DNA of 32,000 nucleotides from Candidatus Hadarchaeota archaeon (GCA_964514965.1 CAZETV010000001.1:390001-422000); one strand, 5' to 3'; positions 14,910 to 23,471 are shown, numbered from the stretch's first letter. A program made the numbers and translations. The notes: generated by a model not told the origin, from the letters alone.

Positions 14910-15665
14910 ATGGAACATGTTGAGGTTCTTAACGTTACCGGATTTCGTGCCAAGGAACAGCTTCGTGGGGCCTCCTTGGGAATTCTCCAGATGGGAAGTA
15001 TCGAGTTCCACGGGCCTCACGCTCCACTCGGAACTGACAGCATCATCGCCGCCGCTCTCGCAGAACGGGTCGCAAAAAGACTGGGGGGAATACTCTTCCC
15101 ACTGATTGCTTATAGTCATTGCCCGCCAACCACCGAGGAATATCTTGGAACCGTATCCGTGAGAACAGAGACAATGATTGATTATTTAACCGAGGTATTT
15201 CGTGGTATTCTTGCAGCTGGTGTAAAAGGGATACTTGTGCTAAACGCGCACGACGGAAATATCGAGGTGGTCAAAGCCGCGGGAAAAGTTATCGCCGACG
15301 AATTTCCGGATCGATTTGTCCTGCTGATTAACTGGTGGGAGACGCTCCCCGAGTCTTTCGTCAATTCGTTGGGATTCTTCTCTCAGAGCGGGGGGCACGG
15401 TCACGGCGGTCCGCTGGAAACTTCAGTAGTTCAAGCGATCAAACCCGACACGGTGAAGCTGGACAAAGGGAAAGACATCGATCTAAAACCCGAAAACGTG
15501 GATGAGGCACTTCATGTTGTGTCTGAAGAAAATCGTCGGGATGCTTGGGCTGGCTATCGTGGAAAAATCAGTGAATCCTCTAAAGAAAAGGGAGAAGTTC
15601 TAATAGAGGAGAGCGTAAAACGCATCGTCAAAGCTGTCCAAGAATGGATGAAGTCCGGCACCTGA
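14910..15665 (+). CDS. Creatininase-family amidohydrolase (possibly ArfB-type formamide hydrolase)
   Basis: Creatininase-family metal-site motifs are present: GSIEFHGPHAPLGTD, LNAHDGN, GGHGHGGPLETS. Confidence 0.75.
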   Translation: MEHVEVLNVTGFRAKEQLRGASLGILQMGSIEFHGPHAPLGTDSIIAAALAERVAKRLGGILFPLIAYSHCPPTTEEYLGTVSVRTETMIDYLTEVFRGILAAGVKGILVLNAHDGNIEVVKAAGKVIADEFPDRFVLLINWWETLPESFVNSLGFFSQSGGHGHGGPLETSVVQAIKPDTVKLDKGKDIDLKPENVDEALHVVSEENRRDAWAGYRGKISESSKEKGEVLIEESVKRIVKAVQEWMKSGT

Positions 15666-15954
15666 TGCGAATGTATCGTTTTCAGCTTTGGAATTAGATG
15701 ATATAATAACTGGAAAAATGCGAAACCAAGCTCAGGTATCGATGAACCGCCTTTTTCAGATACAGCTGGCATTGACATCGTGATGAATTACCAGAATTCC
15801 ATAAATTCTAAAAATAGAGCACCTGCGCCAAAAGGATAACCTCAAGAGGTGAACTCGGAGAGTCAAAGTTACACTTGCTCTCTCAAAAAAAATCCGAGAC
15901 TAAAGCGTTATTAAGAGGTACTAAAAATTGACATCGGACTCATGGGGTGACAAA

Positions 15955-17052
15955 ATGATTCCTGTATGCGAACCCAACTTGGGCAAAAAAGAACTTGAGT
16001 ACGTCACAGACTGTATCAAAACCAATTGGATCTCGTCGAAGGGGAAATACATCACTGATTTCGAGGAGAAATTCAGCAGATACTGCGGCGCGAAGTACGG
16101 GATAGCCACATGCAATGGGACAACAGCTCTCCACCTCGCTCTTGCCAGCTTAGGGATAAAATCTGGAGATGAGGTGATACTACCAACATTTACCATGATC
16201 GCGACGGCCAACTCCATAATGTATACGGGGGCAAAGCCAGTGCTCGTGGATTCGGAACCGGAGACTTGGAATATCGACCCGACTAAAATTGAAGAAAAAA
16301 TTACGAATAATACAAAAGCGATCATGGTCATGCACACATATGGACACCCTGTGGATATGGACCCGGTATTGGAAATAGCGAGAAATCACGACCTCTGCGT
16401 GGTCGAGGACGCAGCCGAGGCGCACGGAGCGGAGTACAAGGGTAAACGGGTCGGCGCGCTTGGGGATGCGAGCTGTTTCAGTTTCTATGCAAACAAAATA
16501 ATCACGACCGGTGAGGGAGGAATGGTTATCACAAACGACGAAAATATCGCGGAAATGGCGAGGCTTCTCCGCGACCAAGCGTTCGAGCCAAAACGCTTCC
16601 TCCATCGGTACATCGGCTTCAATTATCGCATGACGAACATGCAGGCAGCTATCGGTGCTGCTCAGATGGACTTGATAGACGAATCCGTGGAAACTCGGAG
16701 GCGCAACGCAAGTTTGTATAACTCGCTGCTCAGAGATGTCAACGGAATAACGCTGCCCCCCGAGGCCCCATGGGCGAAGAACGTCTACTGGATGTACACA
16801 GTTCTGGTTGAGGACTCCTTCGGCATGGAAAGAGACAGACTTATGGCATACCTGAAAGAAAAAGGAGTTGACACAAGATCGGCCTTTTATCCAATCCATA
16901 TCCAACCTGTCTATGCGAAGCATTACAAGGGCGAGAAATACCCCGCCGCGGAGGAACTGGGAAGGAAGGGGGTAAACCTCCCCTCCGGAAACACTCTAAC
17001 CGAGGACCAGATAAAATTCGTAGCCGAAACGATAGCTTCGGCAGAAGGATGA
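15955..17052 (+). CDS. DegT/DnrJ/EryC1-family PLP sugar aminotransferase (WbpE/perosamine-synthase-like)
   Basis: MIPVCEPNLGKKELEYV start, ATCNGTTALHLAL, PLP-lysine region SFYANKIITTGEGG. GGGGTGA SD precedes the ATG at 15955; the listed start at 15928 is less likely. Confidence 0.85.
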   Translation: MIPVCEPNLGKKELEYVTDCIKTNWISSKGKYITDFEEKFSRYCGAKYGIATCNGTTALHLALASLGIKSGDEVILPTFTMIATANSIMYTGAKPVLVDSEPETWNIDPTKIEEKITNNTKAIMVMHTYGHPVDMDPVLEIARNHDLCVVEDAAEAHGAEYKGKRVGALGDASCFSFYANKIITTGEGGMVITNDENIAEMARLLRDQAFEPKRFLHRYIGFNYRMTNMQAAIGAAQMDLIDESVETRRRNASLYNSLLRDVNGITLPPEAPWAKNVYWMYTVLVEDSFGMERDRLMAYLKEKGVDTRSAFYPIHIQPVYAKHYKGEKYPAAEELGRKGVNLPSGNTLTEDQIKFVAETIASAEG

Positions 17053-17056
17053 ACGC

Positions 17057-18070
17057 ATGTCGGAACTCAGTTTTGCCGTAATCGGTTGTGGCGGGTTCGG
17101 CTCCCGGAGGATAGAAGCGCTCAGAAAAATCGACTCTGAAATAGCTTGCTTGGTGGATGCCGACGAGAAACGTGTTTCGGACCTGGCCCGTGAAATCGGA
17201 TGCGAACACTCCACCGACCATCGCGAAGCCGTGCAAAGGAACGATGTGGACTGCGTCGTGGTAGCAACCCCTAACAAATTTCACGCCCCGATCACGGTCG
17301 CCGCCTTGGAGGCTGGAAAACACGTGATATGTGAGAAGCCACTCGCGAGAACCCCAAAGGAAGCACTAGAGATGGTCGAGGCCGCGAAGCGAAACAAGGT
17401 ATTCCTGAAGACGGGCTCAAACCTCAGATACTTCTCGAACGTGAAGAAGGCTAAGGAGCTTATCGAAGGAAATGTAATCGGCAAGCCCCTCTTCATCCGC
17501 GGGTGGATCGGTCACGACGGAAAGAAGGTTCTGCACGCTTGGAACGTGAAGAGAGATATCTCTGGGGGAGGGACCCTGCTGGACAACGGGGCCCATATTC
17601 TCGACCTATTCCGCTGGTTTATAGGAGATTTTTCCGATTGTTTCGGTCAAGTTCAAACGCTCCAGATGCCTATAGAAGTCGAGGACAATGGAATGGGAGT
17701 TTTCAAGGCTAAAGATGGACGGATGGCTTTCATCCAGTCATCTTGGACGGAGTGGTCGGGGTACATGTACATGGAGGTCTACGGGTCGGAAGGCTCGGTC
17801 ATCATCGACAACCGGGGGGAGAGAGTGGCTGACACGGGGAAATGGTTCGTGACCAGCACTGCGGCACACACGACAAAAGATGGCACTCGCCAGGTGTTCG
17901 ACTATTCCGCCGAGCCACCCCAGTCCTACGAGCTGGAGCTGAGGGATTTCATCAGCTGCATAAAGAAGAAGCGCCAGCCAATGGCCAGCGGCTACGACGG
18001 CATGAGAGTTGTCGAGATGGTCAGCGGGATTTACGAGTCCTCTAGGACTGGTCGCATCGTCAGGCTCTAG
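17057..18070 (+). CDS. Gfo/Idh/MocA-family NAD(P) oxidoreductase (WbpB-like sugar 3-dehydrogenase candidate)
   Basis: Rossmann motif FAVIGCGGFGSRR and EKP motif HVICEKPLA. It lies 4 nt after the aminotransferase stop. Confidence 0.8.
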   Translation: MSELSFAVIGCGGFGSRRIEALRKIDSEIACLVDADEKRVSDLAREIGCEHSTDHREAVQRNDVDCVVVATPNKFHAPITVAALEAGKHVICEKPLARTPKEALEMVEAAKRNKVFLKTGSNLRYFSNVKKAKELIEGNVIGKPLFIRGWIGHDGKKVLHAWNVKRDISGGGTLLDNGAHILDLFRWFIGDFSDCFGQVQTLQMPIEVEDNGMGVFKAKDGRMAFIQSSWTEWSGYMYMEVYGSEGSVIIDNRGERVADTGKWFVTSTAAHTTKDGTRQVFDYSAEPPQSYELELRDFISCIKKKRQPMASGYDGMRVVEMVSGIYESSRTGRIVRL

Positions 18071-18101
18071 CTCCGCCTTAGGGTCACCCAAGTAAGAAAA
18101 C

Positions 18102-18157
18102 CTTGTTACTAAAATAACAAGATATTTATATAGTTCTTGTTAGTCACATAACAAGAA
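18102..18157. repeat. Two related perfect palindromes flanking a TATA-like element
   Basis: CTTGTTA-ctaaaa-TAACAAG (18102-18121), then ATATTTATATAG (18122-18133), then TTCTTGTTA-gtcaca-TAACAAGAA (18134-18157). Both share the core CTTGTTA-N6-TAACAAG. Centres are about 34 bp apart. Confidence 0.7.
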
Positions 18158-18216
18158 TGCAACTTCGTTTACAAAATCACGGTGAGAAAGCCTCCGACTT
18201 CCTGAAGTGGCCGAAT

Positions 18217-18444
18217 CTACACTAATTTTATGAACTCTTCCCTTGTTAGGCCAGACTGTCTGATGATTTCGAGTAAAGTGCCCCTGTCTATTTCTTTATG
18301 ATAAGGAACGACAACACCTTTCTTCTTGCCCTCCACGAATTTGACAAGAATAACGTGGCTACCTTTCCTTCTCGCTACTTGGAATCCGATTTTGGAAAGG
18401 GTCCTAATGACATCTTTACCCGACAGCACCGGTAGCTTTTTCAT
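18217..18444 (-). CDS. hicA: HicA-family mRNA interferase toxin
   Basis: MKKLPVLSGKDVIRTLSKIGFQVARRKGSHVIL... is a typical YcfA/HicA dsRBD-like sequence. The ATG at 18444 is preferred over 18456. Confidence 0.85.
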   Translation of the reverse strand: MKKLPVLSGKDVIRTLSKIGFQVARRKGSHVILVKFVEGKKKGVVVPYHKEIDRGTLLEIIRQSGLTREEFIKLV

Positions 18445-18646
18445 GCCTAACGCCAAATCTCGTGATTATCATTGGTTCACCGCCGACCTCTTCTGGTAAC
18501 CCCATCTCTTCTACGTACAGCTCGGCGGCCTCCTTCAAATTTCCCAACGCCTCCTCAACCGTGTGTCCCTGGCTGGCGACATCCAATTCTGGGCACAGGG
18601 CCACGTATTGTTTTTCGCCTTTTTTGATTATCGCGGTCAACTCCAT
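18416..18646 (-). CDS. hicB: HicB-like antitoxin (UPF0150 family, no obvious DNA-binding extension)
   Basis: MELTAIIKKGEKQYVALCPELDVASQGHTVEEALGNLKEAAELYVEE. It overlaps hicA by 29 nt. Confidence 0.8.
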   Translation of the reverse strand: MELTAIIKKGEKQYVALCPELDVASQGHTVEEALGNLKEAAELYVEEMGLPEEVGGEPMIITRFGVRHEKATGAVG

Positions 18647-18785
18647 AGCTCCACCCCTGAAAATTGACACTTGGAACCACTTAAAGTTTTCTGGATTGGG
18701 TCAAGCAATGCCGAAATTGTTTTCCATGAAAGCTTTTCCCAAAAGGGTTTTTCCAATGAACGCTGTTTGTAAACTGATGATGGGC

Positions 18786-19934
18786 ATGAGGATAGCATAC
18801 GTTCACGACGCGATTTATCCTTTCGTGAAGGGCGGCGCCGAGAAGCGGATGTACGAGTTCTCCCGTCGTCTGGTAAAGCGTGGGCATGAGGTTCACGTAT
18901 TCGGCATGCGGTGGTGGGGCGAAGAGCCTGAGATCGAGCGGGAAGGGGTTCACCTCCACGGGGTCTGCAAAGCCGTCCCACTCTACTCCAGAGGGCGGAG
19001 GTCGATCAGGGCAGCGATGACGTTTGCTAGGAGCGTCCTGCCGGAACTCATTAAGAAGAAATTCGACGTGATAGACTGCTACCAAGCGCCTTACCTCCAC
19101 GCTTTCCCAACGAAAATCGGCGCCCTTTTGAAGCGAACACCTCTGGTGGTCACATGGCATGAAGTATGGCGTGGGTACTGGCGGGAGTACCTCGGGTCGC
19201 TTGGCGCTGTGGGGAGGCTCATGGAGAAGACGATTTTGCTCGGATTGGCGGACAGGGTCGTCGCGGTTTCCGACCAGACGAAAGACGACTTGGTTTCATT
19301 GGGCGTGAGCGTGGACAAAATAAGCATCATCCCGAACGGAATTGATTTTGATGATATCTCAAAAGTGTTGCCATCACCAGAGAAGCTCGATGCAGTTTAT
19401 CTGGGGCGGCTGATCAAGCCCAAAAATGTCGATATACTGCTCAGGGCCGGTGCTGCCTTGAAGAAGGAACTCCCAGGGTTGAAGATCGGGATAATCGGGG
19501 ACGGGCCCGAGAGGAAGAACCTTGAAGATTTATCAACGGAACTCGGCATCAGGGATAATGTAATGTTTTTCGGTTTTGTGGAGAACTTTGACGAAGTCGT
19601 GGCACTGATGAAATCGTCAAAAATTTTCGTTATACCATCAACACAGGAGGGCGGGGCGAGCATAGTGACGCTCGAAGCAAACGCCTGTGGCTTGCCGGTA
19701 ATCGCTGCCGACCATCCGCTCGGTATAGACAAGCGGCTAATCCCAACTGACGTAACCGGCTTCTTCGTTAAATTGACACCAGAAGATTTCGCTAAAAAAA
19801 TTCAGATGCTCCTAAAGGACGAAAAATTGAGAAGCGAGATGAAAGCTAACGCGATAAAGTTCGCGCAGCGCTACGATTGGGGAGGAGTAACAAGCGAGAT
19901 AGAGACGGTTTACAAACAGAAATACCGAAGATAG
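18786..19934 (+). CDS. Family 4 (GT-B) glycosyltransferase
   Basis: MRIAYVHDAIYPFVKGGAEKR start and the EX7E region PSTQEGGASIVTLEANACGLPVIA. The 5' 324 nt of the listed 490-aa ORF are antisense to hicB and are rejected. Alternative ATGs lie at 18777 and 18780. Confidence 0.85.
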   Translation: MRIAYVHDAIYPFVKGGAEKRMYEFSRRLVKRGHEVHVFGMRWWGEEPEIEREGVHLHGVCKAVPLYSRGRRSIRAAMTFARSVLPELIKKKFDVIDCYQAPYLHAFPTKIGALLKRTPLVVTWHEVWRGYWREYLGSLGAVGRLMEKTILLGLADRVVAVSDQTKDDLVSLGVSVDKISIIPNGIDFDDISKVLPSPEKLDAVYLGRLIKPKNVDILLRAGAALKKELPGLKIGIIGDGPERKNLEDLSTELGIRDNVMFFGFVENFDEVVALMKSSKIFVIPSTQEGGASIVTLEANACGLPVIAADHPLGIDKRLIPTDVTGFFVKLTPEDFAKKIQMLLKDEKLRSEMKANAIKFAQRYDWGGVTSEIETVYKQKYRR

Positions 19935-19940
19935 TACATT

Positions 19941-20990
19941 TCAAATAACGCTTTTTAACATCCCTCTTATTTCATCTTTACTGAGCAGGCGCGCATCTTT
20001 TGAAACCAATCTTTTCCTTTTCGCCGCGAGATACTCTTTAGTAAGCGGTTTGTGTACTATCTTGCCTGGTTTTTTAAGCACGACATCCGGCAACTCGACC
20101 GGGGGCTTGACTATAAACATTTCTCCTGTTTCCTGAACCCACACCGATTCCTCTTCGGTCATCAGCTCCTCGTGGAACTTCTCACCAGGCCGAATCCCAA
20201 TGATTTTAGTTTTCACTTCGCTTGGGACATGCCCGTATCCCGGCGCAAGCTCTTCAATCATAGCCTCTGCCAGATCGCCTACGCGCACAGCCGGCATTTT
20301 GAAAATGAAAACTTCACCGCCATCGGACATCTGCGTGGCTTTCAGAACCAACTCCACCGCCCGCTGCATCGTCATCACAAATCTAGTCATGTTCGGATCA
20401 GTGACGGTGACAGGCCCCCCCGCGCTTATCTGTTTCACGAAAACCGGGATAACGGATCCGCTCGACCCCAGCACGTTTCCAAATCTCACGCACGATATGG
20501 CTGTTTTCCTAGGCCCCTTGTAGTAGTTTGCTGATATAGTGAGTTTTTCCGCGAGCATTTTGGTGGTACCCATCACGCTTACAGGATTCACGGCCTTGTC
20601 CGTACTTATAGTTATGAACTTCTCGACTTCCTCGTCTATTGCAGCCTCTATGACATTTTGAGTACCAAGCACATTCGTTTTCACGGCTTCGAACGGATTG
20701 TACTCGCAAGACGGAACGTGCTTTAGCGCCGCGGCATGAAAAACTACGTCTATGTTTTCCATCGCCCGTTTTATCCTCTCCTTGTCTCGCACGTCCCCCA
20801 CGAGAAATCGAATGTTCGGGGTGGGCAACAATTCATTTGCAAGTTCGAACTGTGCCTCCTCATCAATGTCCAGTATCCTCACTACCCCGGCCCTGTAGCT
20901 CAGAAGCTTTCGGGCAATTTCGCTGCCGATCGACCCTGTGCCCCCCGTTATCAGGATATTCTTCCCCCTGAAAAAATCGCCCAACATCAC
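19941..20990 (-). CDS. UDP-GlcNAc 4,6-dehydratase, short CapD/PglF/WbpM-like SDR
   Basis: NILITGGTGSIGSE Rossmann motif and HAAALKHVP. The catalytic segment reads SVMGTTKM, with Met where PseB/FlaA1 has the Tyr of YGATK. Confidence 0.8.
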   Translation of the reverse strand: MMLGDFFRGKNILITGGTGSIGSEIARKLLSYRAGVVRILDIDEEAQFELANELLPTPNIRFLVGDVRDKERIKRAMENIDVVFHAAALKHVPSCEYNPFEAVKTNVLGTQNVIEAAIDEEVEKFITISTDKAVNPVSVMGTTKMLAEKLTISANYYKGPRKTAISCVRFGNVLGSSGSVIPVFVKQISAGGPVTVTDPNMTRFVMTMQRAVELVLKATQMSDGGEVFIFKMPAVRVGDLAEAMIEELAPGYGHVPSEVKTKIIGIRPGEKFHEELMTEEESVWVQETGEMFIVKPPVELPDVVLKKPGKIVHKPLTKEYLAAKRKRLVSKDARLLSKDEIRGMLKSVI

Positions 20991-22123
20991 GACTCCTCGA
21001 AGAAGGTTTCAACCGCTTTTGTTATATAATCCATATCCTTCCGCGTCAGGGCGGGATAAATCGGCAGGGACAAAACTTGTTTTGATATCTCTTCGGTCAC
21101 GTGCAGCTCGGTTTTGTAGCCCAATTTTTTCCTGTAGAAGTAGGTTAGGTGAACCGGATAGAAAAAAACCTTGGTCATGATACCTTTCTTGGCGAGGTAC
21201 TCAGAAAGGGTGTCCCTGCGTCCGTCCTTCACCCTGATCGTGTATATTTGATACACGTGGAAATAACCTTCAGAAGGTGATGGGGGAATCACCCCTTCAA
21301 CCTCATCTAATTTTTTAGTGAGGTACTCCGCGTTTTTTCTTCTCATTTTAATTATCTTGTCAACCTTCTTGAGCTGTGCGACGCCGAGTGCCGCGGTTAT
21401 GTTGGACATTCTGAAATTGTACCCCAAATCGATGTAATCTGCGTATTCAGGTGAAGTGAAGTAATCGCTATTCTCAGGCCTGCCATGCGATCTGATGAGT
21501 TTCAACTTTTCACTAATCTCTTTTGAGTCGGTCACTACTGCCCCACCCTCACCCATCGTGATAACTTTATTCTGACAGAAGCTGAGTACCGCCGCATCGC
21601 CGAAAGCGCCGACCTTCTTGCCGCCAACCATCGCGCCGAACGCCTCCGCGGCGTCCTCTATCAAAAGTAGATCATTATCCTCGGCGATTTCCCTCAATTC
21701 CCGTATCAAACAAGGGGAACCTCCATAATGAACAGGGATAATCGCTTTTGTTTTCCCCGTTATTTTTTCTTTCACATCTTCTGGATCCAGTCCGTACGTT
21801 TTTTCCTCGATATCTGCGAAGACCGGTTTCGCGCCAACAAACAAGGGGGAGTTTGCCGTCGCGATAAACGTGAAAGACGGGACGATCACTTCGTCTCCTT
21901 TTCCAATGCCATACGCCAGTAGGGCTGCGTGTAAAGCCGAGGTTCCAGAGTTGAAAACCACGGAATACTTCGCTCCGATATATCCAGAAATCCCCTTTTC
22001 AAACTCCTCAACATGTGGACCGATCGCCCAGTACATTCCCTTTTCTATGGCGTTTTTTACCGCTTGGACATCTTCCTCGTCCCAGAATATCTTAAACAAT
22101 GGGATTTTCCAATTTTGGGGCAT
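20987..22123 (-). CDS. DegT-family sugar 4-aminotransferase (PglE/LegC/PseC-like)
   Basis: FNSGTSALHAALLA and PLP-lysine region SFCQNKVITMGEGG. It overlaps the dehydratase gene by 4 nt. Confidence 0.85.
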   Translation of the reverse strand: MPQNWKIPLFKIFWDEEDVQAVKNAIEKGMYWAIGPHVEEFEKGISGYIGAKYSVVFNSGTSALHAALLAYGIGKGDEVIVPSFTFIATANSPLFVGAKPVFADIEEKTYGLDPEDVKEKITGKTKAIIPVHYGGSPCLIRELREIAEDNDLLLIEDAAEAFGAMVGGKKVGAFGDAAVLSFCQNKVITMGEGGAVVTDSKEISEKLKLIRSHGRPENSDYFTSPEYADYIDLGYNFRMSNITAALGVAQLKKVDKIIKMRRKNAEYLTKKLDEVEGVIPPSPSEGYFHVYQIYTIRVKDGRRDTLSEYLAKKGIMTKVFFYPVHLTYFYRKKLGYKTELHVTEEISKQVLSLPIYPALTRKDMDYITKAVETFFEES

Positions 22124-22130
22124 TTAACCA

Positions 22131-23471
22131 TCATTGTAATACATCGCCCAGCTTAAAATAATCTGAAGCTTGTTCTTCTTTTCGGAGTTTATTGATTATG
22201 ATGAAACCATCCACTGTTGTAACTTTGACTCCTCCTGACCCTGTTTTTCCAAAAATTAACCCAGGCAGCGGCGATATCCTTTTTCTGATATGTGGCAGAA
22301 TAGTTTCCTCTATTACTGTCTTTTCTCCCTTGTAATTGACAAACGCTCCTGGATACGGATACGCCAACGCACGTACCTTGTTGTGTATATCCAAAGCCCT
22401 TTCAAAGCGGAAATCGATGAGCCCATCATCCGGTCTTCTCCTCGGAAAATAACTTCCTTCAAAGGGGCTTTGGGGAATCGGTTTGACCTTCTCTTTCTTC
22501 AAAAGGCGGAGAGCTTTCAGGACCATCTGGGGAAAGCTAGGCAACCCCTTTAGCAATACATCTATTGCTCTTTCGTCTCTCGATACTCTCATAACTTTCT
22601 GAAGGATGATGGGTCCTCCGTCAATCACCTCCGTCATGAAATGAACAGTTATCCCGACGCTCCTTTCTCCGTTAATGATGGCCCAGTTTATGGGGGCCCT
22701 CCCTCGATACCATGGCAGGCACCCGAAGTGAATATTTATGATTTTATTTTCGAATTTTTTCAATATTTCCTCTCGGAGTATCTGGTGGTAGGAAACAACG
22801 ACGATATAGTCCAGGTCTATTTTTGTGATCTCTTTCAGAAATTCTGGAGAATTTACATCAGCGGGCTTAAAGACGAGCAGATTCAGTTCCTGTGCTACCG
22901 CCTCAAGGGAGTCATATACTCCAAACTTTGCAAACCTTTTGGATGCCTCCTTTTCCTTTCTGTTGAATTCGTCCGTTTCGGTCACGACTCCAACTACTAG
23001 ATAACTTTCCGAAACCAGAGCCGATAAGACCATGCATGCCCATTTTCCGTGTCCCATCAGGAGGATTTTCGCTTTATCGGCTTTGCTGGGCCCCCCCCCC
23101 ACCACAGCGCCTTCCGGAACGTCTTTGTTTACAAACGAACATGCTGCGACAGTCGCATTTTCGCCTATGGTTACTCCGGGCATAATCACCGTGTGGGATC
23201 CCACCTTGGCATTCCTCTTTATCGTGACCTTTCCATTCTTCCCATCAATTGTGGACTCGGAATAGATAGAGCAATGAGAACCTATTTGAACGTTTTCTTG
23301 GATATCAACCCCATACTTTGCGTTGATGTAAGTGAAGGCACCTATGTCGGTGTTTTTCCCCAGTTTCAGGTTTTCGTGATGCCGGCACATCCAGTTCCAC
23401 TTGGTCATTCCTTTCTCATCGAATTCTGGGGGTTTCCAATTTTTGAATCGCTTGTCCATAGTAACCATCAA
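22131..23471 (-). CDS. Fusion protein: N-terminal left-handed beta-helix (hexapeptide) acyltransferase plus C-terminal Fmt/ArnA-like formyltransferase (N and C domains)
   Basis: Residues about 40-135 carry hexapeptide repeats (IGSHCSIYSESTIDG, VGSHTVIMPGVTIGENATVAACSFV). Residues about 140-446 carry the formyltransferase core IINIHFGCLPWYRGRAPINWAIINGE...GITVHFMTEVIDGGPII. Confidence 0.8.
   Translation of the reverse strand: MMVTMDKRFKNWKPPEFDEKGMTKWNWMCRHHENLKLGKNTDIGAFTYINAKYGVDIQENVQIGSHCSIYSESTIDGKNGKVTIKRNAKVGSHTVIMPGVTIGENATVAACSFVNKDVPEGAVVGGGPSKADKAKILLMGHGKWACMVLSALVSESYLVVGVVTETDEFNRKEKEASKRFAKFGVYDSLEAVAQELNLLVFKPADVNSPEFLKEITKIDLDYIVVVSYHQILREEILKKFENKIINIHFGCLPWYRGRAPINWAIINGERSVGITVHFMTEVIDGGPIILQKVMRVSRDERAIDVLLKGLPSFPQMVLKALRLLKKEKVKPIPQSPFEGSYFPRRRPDDGLIDFRFERALDIHNKVRALAYPYPGAFVNYKGEKTVIEETILPHIRKRISPLPGLIFGKTGSGGVKVTTVDGFIIINKLRKEEQASDYFKLGDVLQ

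Noticed and set aside
18719-18760. Repeated TTTTCCATGAA / TTTTCCAATGAA motifs in the hicB-glycosyltransferase divergent spacer as an operator.
   Set aside because: There are only two short, imperfect copies of an AT-rich motif. They cannot be distinguished from chance without comparative or binding data.
18462-18785. The 5' extension of the 490-aa ORF preceding the glycosyltransferase.
   Set aside because: It is exactly antisense to hicB and its promoter region, and its low-complexity Ser/Pro-rich translation is a shadow frame. GT4 homology begins at MRIAYVHD (18786).
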